Origin: Candidatus Fermentibacterota bacterium
GTDB lineage: Bacteria; Fermentibacterota; Fermentibacteria; Fermentibacterales; JCC-6
Direction: 5' to 3'
DNA length: 64,000 nucleotides
Assembly: GCA_030609965.1 (NCBI GenBank)
Contig: JAUWSQ010000004.1
Coordinates: 217 to 64,216, forward strand
Numbering within the stretch: the stretch's first letter is position 1; every line of letters begins with the position of its first letter. This document shows, one piece after another, positions 57,290 through 64,000 of this stretch. The notes beneath the pieces are model-generated. The model did no database searches. It was given only the letters and a program-made list of their open reading frames with translations, and was not told the DNA's origin. Both the position numbers and the translations under genes were made by a program.

Positions 57290-58075
57290 ATGGGTAACTG
57301 GACTTTGACTCAGCTAATAGTCTTCTTTGCTCCCTTTGCGATAATTTTCATTGGACTTCTCATCTGGCTGCTGATGCGCAGAAGCATAAGAACCAGATTC
57401 CGAATGGATCAGCAACTCAAGAAAGACCCGGACATAAGCGAATGGCTGGTTGTGTTCGGATGGACCAGGAAGATCATCTACTTCCCTGTAGTTCTGGTGT
57501 CGCTGGTCTTCTTTGTCTTGTCGCTGCTTCTAAAAGAACCATCGGGAACGATGGGTGCTATATGGCTGGGTTTCTTTCTGGTTAACTTCATGGTAGAAGA
57601 GTACGATGCGGGTATTAAGGAGCTTCTTCTCCTTGTACTGGGTCTCGGCGGCATGGTCCTCTGGTTGAGCTACCTGAACTGGCTGAATGACCTCTGGTCA
57701 TTCCTTGGTGGAATAAGCGCTGATATGAACGGTGTTGCTTACCTCCTGTTTGCTCTGATCTTCCTCGTTGCAATTGGTGTATCATGGATCAGGGGTCTGT
57801 TCTTTTACGTTGCTTTCACACCTAACTACATTAACATCCAGAAAGGACCAACCGAGAGCGGTCAGCAGATAGGCAGGGAAGAAATAACTACAATTGTCGA
57901 TACGGAGGATCTCCTTGAGAGGATGCTTGGTTTCGGCCGCATTCTAGTGAGTTTCCGTGATGCCCGTCGTGAGGACATCCATCTCCTGGTATGGGGCATA
58001 GGTAAGAAATCAAGAAAACTGGAAAGTATAAGGGGCGCTATCGTGATTGAAAGGCATTCGACAGAACCGATCTGA
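57290..58075 (+). CDS. Membrane protein with PH-like C-terminus
   Basis: About 5 TM; LLERMLGFGRI motif; GGAGG RBS. Confidence 0.65.
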   Translation: MGNWTLTQLIVFFAPFAIIFIGLLIWLLMRRSIRTRFRMDQQLKKDPDISEWLVVFGWTRKIIYFPVVLVSLVFFVLSLLLKEPSGTMGAIWLGFFLVNFMVEEYDAGIKELLLLVLGLGGMVLWLSYLNWLNDLWSFLGGISADMNGVAYLLFALIFLVAIGVSWIRGLFFYVAFTPNYINIQKGPTESGQQIGREEITTIVDTEDLLERMLGFGRILVSFRDARREDIHLLVWGIGKKSRKLESIRGAIVIERHSTEPI

Positions 58076-58098
58076 AACCCGGTTCCCGAGAACAATCC

Positions 58099-58335
58099 TT
58101 ATTCCGAATTGTGCCGGAATAGTTCCTCGCTCATCGGTTTCATTGCTGTAATGGAGAAGATGAATTCAATCGGGAAACCGAAGTATTCACTTATCCGGAA
58201 AGCAAGGTCGAGGCTGGGATTGTATTCCTGTCTTTCCATGTAGCCTACGGTCTGGAAATTGACTCCTATCTGCTCTGCAAGCTCTTTTCTGGAAATACCC
58301 CTCTCCAGCCTGAGGGCAGCTATCCAATTTTACAC
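58099..58335 (-). pseudogene. XRE-family HTH regulator with stop at codon 2
   Basis: GTG TAA then NWIAALRLERGISRKELAEQIGVNFQTVGYMERQEYNPSLDLAFRISEYFGFPIEFIF. Confidence 0.8.
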
Positions 58336-58336
58336 T

Positions 58337-59248
58337 CTAAGCTCCCCTGAATACTCCGGTGGAAAGGTATCTGTCACCGCGGTCTGCCACAAGCACTACC
58401 AGTGTTTCGCCGGGGCTCATGTGGCTGGCCACCTCCACAGCTGCACTTACTGCAGCACCACCGCTCATTCCCACAAACAGCCCCTCTTTCAGAGCCAGCT
58501 CTCTTGTCATTGAGAAAGCATATGAATCGGATTTACTGATGATGCGGTCAAGACGATTCTCATCATAGATTCCCGGTATTGCTGATTCTTTCATATTCTT
58601 CAAACCCTGAATGCTGTGACCTATCTCCGGTTCTACTCCGATTATCTGAATATCTTCTGAGAACTCCTTCAATCTGCGACTGACTCCCATTAGCGTTCCC
58701 CCGGTACCCATTCCGGCGACAAAAGCGTTTACTTTACCGGAAGTCTGCCGGATGATCTCCGGAGCAGTGGATTCGTAATGACTCAACCAGTTAGCAATAT
58801 TACTATATTGATCCGGCATGTAGAACTTATCCGGATCCTCAGTCAGCATCTGTTCTGCAAGAGTAATTGCTCCGTCTGTTCCCCGCTCTCCTGGCGTTAG
58901 AATCAACTCAGCTCCGAAAGCCTTAAGAATGTCTCTTCGTTCCACACTGACACTTTCGGGAAGCACAAGTCTGATCTTGTAGCCCATTGCTGCCCCAATC
59001 ATTGCCAGACCAATACCAGTGTTCCCTGATGTAGCTTCCAGTATTGTTTTCCCTCTGTAAAGAAGTCCTCTCACCTCAGCATGCTTTACCATCCACAGGG
59101 CCGATCTGTCCTTTACTGAACCACCCGGGTTTGAGCCCTCCAGTTTCACAAGTATTCTGGCGCTCCCCTCCGGGGCTAGGTGTTTGAGCTGTACAAGTGG
59201 TGTATTTCCGATTGAGCTCAAGATCCCTTCAGCATAATTACCCAACAT
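58337..59248 (-). CDS. cysM: Cysteine synthase (CysM/CysK family)
   Basis: IGNTPLV, NPGGSVKDR, EATSGNTG, GTGGT, HSIQG, DRGDRYLS; ATG 59248 after GGAG. Confidence 0.92.
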   Translation of the reverse strand: MLGNYAEGILSSIGNTPLVQLKHLAPEGSARILVKLEGSNPGGSVKDRSALWMVKHAEVRGLLYRGKTILEATSGNTGIGLAMIGAAMGYKIRLVLPESVSVERRDILKAFGAELILTPGERGTDGAITLAEQMLTEDPDKFYMPDQYSNIANWLSHYESTAPEIIRQTSGKVNAFVAGMGTGGTLMGVSRRLKEFSEDIQIIGVEPEIGHSIQGLKNMKESAIPGIYDENRLDRIISKSDSYAFSMTRELALKEGLFVGMSGGAAVSAAVEVASHMSPGETLVVLVADRGDRYLSTGVFRGA

Positions 59249-59266
59249 GTTACTTTCTCCAAACGC

Positions 59267-59295
59267 AAAAAATCCCACGACCTTCCGGCCATGGG
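59267..59295 (-). terminator. Attenuator terminator upstream of cysteine synthase
   Basis: CCCAUGGCC-GGAA-GGUCGUGGG-AUUUUUU. Confidence 0.85.
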
Positions 59296-59323
59296 CAACT
59301 GTAATCGAATGTTTTAAACTAAT

Positions 59324-59407
59324 TTACATTACAAACGCCTCCGCCGATGCAGGAATGTCGGCGGCGCAACAAAAGAATACTTCGTTGTGGTTTGTATTTC
59401 TCATCAT
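59324..59407 (-). CDS. Cys-Cys leader peptide (27 aa)
   Basis: MMRNTNHNEVFFCCAADIPASAEAFVM*; TGT TGC at 59371-59366. Confidence 0.8.
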   Translation of the reverse strand: MMRNTNHNEVFFCCAADIPASAEAFVM

Positions 59408-59414
59408 GGAAGCA

Positions 59415-59443
59415 ATTCTAGATAACTGGACCATGTTTGTCAA
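59415..59443 (-). promoter_or_regulatory. Sigma70-type promoter of the cys leader
   Basis: TTGACA-17-TAGAAT, 7 nt before the leader ATG. Confidence 0.85.
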
Positions 59444-59448
59444 AAAGA

Positions 59449-59507
59449 GACCTTTCTATCAAAAAGCTCGAACTTTTTCATTAAGTGGTTAAAGAATGTC
59501 GCTGCAG
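59449..59507 (+). repeat. 59-bp direct repeat, copy 1 (att-like)
   Basis: 55/59 identical to 63527-63585. Confidence 0.9.
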
Positions 59508-59550
59508 AAGTGGTATATCCCTAACGGTGTATTATGCTGAAATAGAGTGA

Positions 59551-59625
59551 AAAAGCGTGAAAACATATTATATTTCCACTACAATTTACTGTATTGTTGT
59601 CAAAAGCGTGAAAATATGTTAAATT
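59551..59625 (+). promoter_or_regulatory. fic promoter with direct-repeat operator
   Basis: AAAAGCGTGAAAA at 59551 and 59602; TTGTCA-17-TAAATT 59597-59625. Confidence 0.55.
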
Positions 59626-59631
59626 CAAGTT

Positions 59632-60534
59632 ATGGGAAAAGTGATGAGTGTCTATAAAAAAATCGATTCATTGAGAGAGCGGTATTATCAATCTGCTCGC
59701 AACAAGGATTCTTTGCTTAAACTTATCAGTGAAGTAGAGGTTGCAGAACAGGTCTATAATTCAAATGCTATTGAAAACAGTACCCTTAGTTTGGAGGAAA
59801 CTGAGAAAATACTCCTTCATCTCGATTTAGACCGCTATGTCTCCGAACGCGAAATATTCGAAGCCAAGAACTTGGCGCGAGTAGTTACATACATAGACAC
59901 AAAAGCTAAGCAGCAGGAACTGAACCTGGAAATGATTCTGCTTTTGCATAGAATGTTGATAACGAATATTCACGATGATATAGCAGGTCGGTTCAGGAAA
60001 AATGATGAATGGGTAAGAGTTGCAAACCATATCGCTTGTGATCCTGAAAACATTATATGTAAACTTGAAGATATGTTCATCAAATGCAATTCTTCGGTGA
60101 ATGAGAGTATTATAAGGAGAATTGCTGTCTTCCACCTCAGTTTTGAACACATCCATCCGTTTGTCGATGGTAATGGGAGAATAGGAAGGGTGCTTAACAA
60201 TTATTTATTGATCCGCGAAGGTTATGTACCAATAAACATTAAATACATCGACCGTACGTTGTACTATGATGCTTTTGAAGAATTTGATAGAAATATCAGT
60301 AGTTCGATTATGGAAGAAATAGTTGGGAAAGCAATTACCAACAGTTATCATAAACGATTAGCCTATCTGGATGGAATGGATATCATTACTCTTAATGAAT
60401 ACGCAAAGCAGAATAATCTTTCGCATTCGAATTTAATCAATAAAGCCAAACGGCAAACCATTGAAGCTTTCCTGGAAAAAGGAGTATGGAAAATAGGTAA
60501 TCCAAGCGATTTCGCCATATCTATGCTGAACTGA
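59632..60534 (+). CDS. Fic-family protein (class II)
   Basis: HPFVDGNGRIGR; inhibitory SNAIEN motif; AT-rich. Confidence 0.93.
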   Translation: MGKVMSVYKKIDSLRERYYQSARNKDSLLKLISEVEVAEQVYNSNAIENSTLSLEETEKILLHLDLDRYVSEREIFEAKNLARVVTYIDTKAKQQELNLEMILLLHRMLITNIHDDIAGRFRKNDEWVRVANHIACDPENIICKLEDMFIKCNSSVNESIIRRIAVFHLSFEHIHPFVDGNGRIGRVLNNYLLIREGYVPINIKYIDRTLYYDAFEEFDRNISSSIMEEIVGKAITNSYHKRLAYLDGMDIITLNEYAKQNNLSHSNLINKAKRQTIEAFLEKGVWKIGNPSDFAISMLN

Positions 60535-60687
60535 TCTATTCGGTTCTCTGTTCCCAGATTTCTGGATACGTATTACAAGGAATTCAATACGTGTGTCCAG
60601 CGACATTCTCGTCTGTCGATAGACAATATGGCTAGACGTTGATCACTCCCGTTCCATTGATAGACGGCTGATGAAAGTACAAGAATC

Positions 60688-60954
60688 CTATGTGAGATTT
60701 CTATAAACATCCTTGCGATGACCAACCTTAACGATAAGAATAATCAATCTTACTGTATGTATCTCATAGATAATACGATAATCTCCAGAGCGAATTCTAT
60801 GAAAAGAATTCTTCCCTTTCATTTTGGTTGTTTTCGGGTCAGGTAGATTGTTACTAAGCTCCTCAATTCTCTTCTTGATTCGAACTAAGTCACGTTTTGG
60901 AAACCGTTTAAGGTTTTTCAGAGCAGCAGGTCTGAATTCAATGGAATACGCCAT
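60688..60954 (-). CDS. relE: RelE/ParE-family toxin
   Basis: YSIEF, KMKG, RIRSGDYRIIY, VGHRKDVY. Confidence 0.9.
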   Translation of the reverse strand: MAYSIEFRPAALKNLKRFPKRDLVRIKKRIEELSNNLPDPKTTKMKGKNSFHRIRSGDYRIIYEIHTVRLIILIVKVGHRKDVYRNLT

Positions 60955-60957
60955 TGA

Positions 60958-61209
60958 TCAGAGACCTAGAGATTTCCACACTTCATCAGCTGATATATTT
61001 TCTCCAGGCTCAGCTAAAGCTGCTATGGCATCTTCAATATCCAGATGTTCTTCGATTCTTTGAAGCAGTTCAAGTTCAGTAATGGATACGATTGCAGCGA
61101 TGCTCTTGCCTCTACGAGTCAATACGATAGGTTCATTACCGTAAGCAACCTTGTTTATTATATCTGAAAAATTCATTCTTGCATCGGCAGTCGAAATAGT
61201 CTCAGGCAT
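60958..61209 (-). CDS. Phd/YefM-family antitoxin
   Basis: ISTADARMNFSDII, LTRRGK..AAIVS; directly upstream of toxin. Confidence 0.9.
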   Translation of the reverse strand: MPETISTADARMNFSDIINKVAYGNEPIVLTRRGKSIAAIVSITELELLQRIEEHLDIEDAIAALAEPGENISADEVWKSLGL

Positions 61210-61230
61210 TTATCCCTTCCTTTCTTCATC

Positions 61231-61266
61231 TGTACGTAATGTACATTATGTACAAAACATTGTCAA
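61231..61266 (-). promoter_or_regulatory. TA promoter with TGTAC operator repeats
   Basis: TTGACA-17-TACATT overlapping TGTACG/TGTACA/TGTACA at 61231, 61240, 61249. Confidence 0.7.
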
Positions 61267-61344
61267 GTATCGTGGTTTGTTACTCTATAACTTCAAGAGA
61301 TTAGTTTCCGTGAATAAATGCAAGTGTCGCAAGTGATGTCTGAC

Positions 61345-61593
61345 CTCACAAACGGCACTTAAACAGAAACAACCCCCGAGGGACTGCAACTAATTTTATG
61401 GCGACCCAACGGGAATTCCTTCGACTCGTCATACGACTCGCTCAGGGTAAACTCACCCTACAGGTTCTCACTTGTGAATGGCATTTAAAACAGAAACAGC
61501 CCACGAAGGGCTGTATCAGTTTTAATGGCGACCCCAACGGGCAAAACTTCAAACCCCTTTTGGAAATGGCTGCTGAAATTGAGTAAGCTGTAA
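61345..61593. repeat. Tandem tRNA-3'-end/terminator units with a REP-like insert (att-like scar cluster)
   Basis: TGGCGACCC(C)AACGGG at 61399 and 61526 is the reverse complement of a tRNA-Glu-like 3' end; terminator 61496-61514; 61438-61534 repeats at 63435-63531 (92/97). Confidence 0.8.
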
Positions 61594-62017
61594 AAATATC
61601 ATATATTATAATCTGCGAACTATTGAGGACTACATTTCCTGTTGTTTGCTTGTCGTCTCCTGATTAGGATTATATAGACTCTTTATCCGCATTCATTCAA
61701 TTGACTTGCACTTGAGATTATAATATTTATATGAACAGGATCAATCTGAACCTGTCGGGGTCCGGTTTAGAGGCTTACCTATCACCATTCGTACCATAAT
61801 CAAGGCATATTCCTTCCGGACTCTGTGAGTCTGGAGGTAAAAAGTTGTGTACTCAGTAATTGTCATCCATTTTTCCCTGTAATACACGAACCGCTTTTAA
61901 ACCTATGCAGGTACTGCAACACAGAGTGACTAGTGTGGGGATGGAATCTGGGTGTTTCTTGACACAAGTAGCACGATAACTTAATTTGACAAAGATATTG
62001 ATAGGGAGTGATCGTAA

Positions 62018-63391
62018 ATGAAATCCTTAACGATGGTAGTATTGTACTGCACTCTGTTATCTGCTGTGGTATCAGCAGATGAGTGGCATATAGAAGTTGT
62101 TGATGAGAGTTGTGACAATATATCAGTTACATCTCTCGCGCTTGATGCTTTGGATCAGGCACATATTTCGTATGGTGAGTATTCTACAGGGAGTTATTCC
62201 GCTCTGAAGTATGCGTGGTTGAACGGCTCTTCATGGAATATATCGACAATAGAAAGTAGTTCCTCAGGAAACGAACTGGCTGGCTACACTTCTATCGCTT
62301 TAGATAGCGGGGATAATCCAAGAATTTCATATGAAGACGGTAATAATGAGGAGCTCAATTATGCGAGCTGGAACGGCTCCTCCTGGGATATTGCTGTAGT
62401 TGATGCTGGTGATTCATATGTTGCTGTCTCTTCTTCTCTTTGCCTGGACAGCGCGAATAGTCCCACAATCGCATATTCATACGGTTGGCTTACCTGGGCA
62501 AATCTCATGTACGCTCGTTACGTATCTGGCTGGTTAATTTCAACGGTTGATGCTACCGATGGTATGGGTTGGTGGGTATCGATGGCTTTAAATAGCGATG
62601 ATAAGCCGAATATATCCTACCATGATAGTAATAATAGAGATCTAATGTATGCTATTCTTGGACCTGAGTTCTGGACAATCACCACCGTCGACGTCTCCGG
62701 TGAGGTGGGAAGCAACAATTCCATTGCTGTTGACAGCAACGATAGACCGCATATCTCATATAGTGGTGTTATCGGCTCAGAACCCGCTCTGAAGTATGCC
62801 TTCTATAATGGATCATCATGGGTGACTTTGGTTGTTGACAACAACGGAATATGTGGCATGGCTTTGACTTCTATTGCTCTTGACAGCAATGATAATCCTC
62901 ATATTTCATACTACAATGCCACTACTGAGTCCCTTAGGTACGCCCACTATAATGGTTCAGCCTGGGAAATTTCCACAGTTGATACTGGTGATGGTGCAGG
63001 TAGATGCTCGTCCATTGCCCTTGACAGCAACGATCAACCACACATTTCATATAAAAAGGGTGATTTAAACTCTGTCGACCTGATGTATGCATACTACGGA
63101 CCTGTAGGTATTGAAGAGGGTGAAGGCGGGTCTGTTGAGTATACTCTTGGCAATGTTATTCCAAATCCGAGCGCAGGAAGTGCGAATATAAGCTTCACCT
63201 TGCCCGTATCATGTGATGTCGACCTGGATATATTCGATATTACAGGCCGCAAAGTAGCTGTACTGGCAGAGGGTGTATTCTCGTCAGGCATACACGAAAC
63301 CGAGGTCAGTGGATTGACCAGCGGCATTTACTTCTGCACACTGAGGAGCGGAGATTTCGTGGATACAAAGACTTTAGTAGTTATCGAATAG
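62018..63391 (+). CDS. Secreted 7-bladed beta-propeller with T9SS-type/FlgD-like C-terminal domain
   Basis: Seven SIALDS.D.PHISY...L.YA repeats; PNPS...IFDITGRKV...SGIYF. Confidence 0.85.
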   Translation: MKSLTMVVLYCTLLSAVVSADEWHIEVVDESCDNISVTSLALDALDQAHISYGEYSTGSYSALKYAWLNGSSWNISTIESSSSGNELAGYTSIALDSGDNPRISYEDGNNEELNYASWNGSSWDIAVVDAGDSYVAVSSSLCLDSANSPTIAYSYGWLTWANLMYARYVSGWLISTVDATDGMGWWVSMALNSDDKPNISYHDSNNRDLMYAILGPEFWTITTVDVSGEVGSNNSIAVDSNDRPHISYSGVIGSEPALKYAFYNGSSWVTLVVDNNGICGMALTSIALDSNDNPHISYYNATTESLRYAHYNGSAWEISTVDTGDGAGRCSSIALDSNDQPHISYKKGDLNSVDLMYAYYGPVGIEEGEGGSVEYTLGNVIPNPSAGSANISFTLPVSCDVDLDIFDITGRKVAVLAEGVFSSGIHETEVSGLTSGIYFCTLRSGDFVDTKTLVVIE

Positions 63392-63414
63392 CCTAAATGT
63401 AAATCTGATCTACG

Positions 63415-63585
63415 ATCCCTCCGACTCACTTTGTTCGCTCAGGGTAAACTCACCCTTTGGGTTCTCACTTGTGAATGGCATTTAAAACAGAAACAGCCCA
63501 CGAAGGGCTGTATCATTTTTTATGGCGACCCTTCTATCAAAAAGTTCGAACTTTTTCATTGAGTGGTTAAAGAACGTCGCTGCAG
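63415..63585. repeat. Composite repeat: REP-like + terminator + TGGCGACCC core + 59-bp repeat copy 2
   Basis: Left part matches 61438-61534; right part matches 59449-59507. Confidence 0.88.
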
Positions 63586-63718
63586 TCGGTGGATTAGACA
63601 AATGATGCTATAGCGTTGATTTCAGCAGTTTATGGCAATCATCGTGATCAGAACCATCTCAACCCCTATCTATGTTCTAACTATGCGGATTGTATCGAAG
63701 AGATGAAGCTTCTTTCGA

Positions 63719-64000
63719 TCACAAAGGAGCAAACTCAACAGACATTTCCAAAGTCAGCCCACTGTACATCACATCATTCAAGGGAAGTGCTTCAATTACC
63801 TCAGAAACACTTACTGCGAATTCGCTACTGTCGGTAAAATTCTGCAAAACAGCAACTTCTGGTTCTCCCGCTCCTGAGGGGAATGAAATGCGCAGGATCA
63901 GCATTCCGTCTACTTCAGTACAATAATGGGAGTAAACTTCCGCAGCGCTATCCATTATCTGAGTTACAAGTTCACTCACTTCTTCTTCATTCAGAACCTG
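63719..64000 (-). CDS. Hypothetical protein (5' end outside window)
   Basis: Frame is open to the window edge. Confidence 0.5.
   Translation of the reverse strand, partial: QVLNEEEVSELVTQIMDSAAEVYSHYCTEVDGMLILRISFPSGAGEPEVAVLQNFTDSSEFAVSVSEVIEALPLNDVMYSGLTLEMSVEFAPL

Noticed and set aside
61398-61586. 62-aa ORF
   Set aside because: Lies entirely within repeat and terminator DNA
61600-62017. ncRNA in the 400-bp gap
   Set aside because: One hairpin (CCTTCCGGACTC/GAGTCTGGAGG) and promoter-like boxes are not enough for a call
61345-63585. CRISPR array or intact tRNA
   Set aside because: Repeats are irregularly spaced around whole genes with no cas genes; only 9-18 nt of tRNA 3' end is present and no cloverleaf can form

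Overview
A 64-kb bacterial chromosome segment with no rRNA, intact tRNA, CRISPR array or intact integrase. Multiple cyclase-STAND-TPR paralogues and a T9SS/FlgD-type C-terminal domain suggest an anaerobic FCB-group lineage such as Ca. Fermentibacteria/Aegiribacteria (inference). Core genes include ispE (partial), a Na/Pi cotransporter, an ArcE/COG2403 enzyme, korDABC, pckA, glnA, cobO, rlmN, mtnP, thiL, xdhAB and cysteine synthase. Highlights: (1) a complete trp-style transcription attenuator upstream of cysteine synthase, with a consensus promoter, a probably leaderless 27-aa Cys-Cys leader peptide, 1:2 and 2:3 pairings and a terminator; (2) an AT-rich right end (Fic, RelE/Phd, secreted propeller) punctuated by repeated tRNA-Glu-like 3' ends, terminators and recombinase-tail-like mini-frames, resembling stacked att scars; (3) an AmmeMemoRadiSam operon carrying export signals, a split amrS and a tiny Tat lipoprotein; (4) an Mpv17-like gene behind xdhAB, a switch-like leader before arcE, two probable CTG starts and several deletion/nonsense lesions. 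All calls are from reading motifs by eye; no searches were run.
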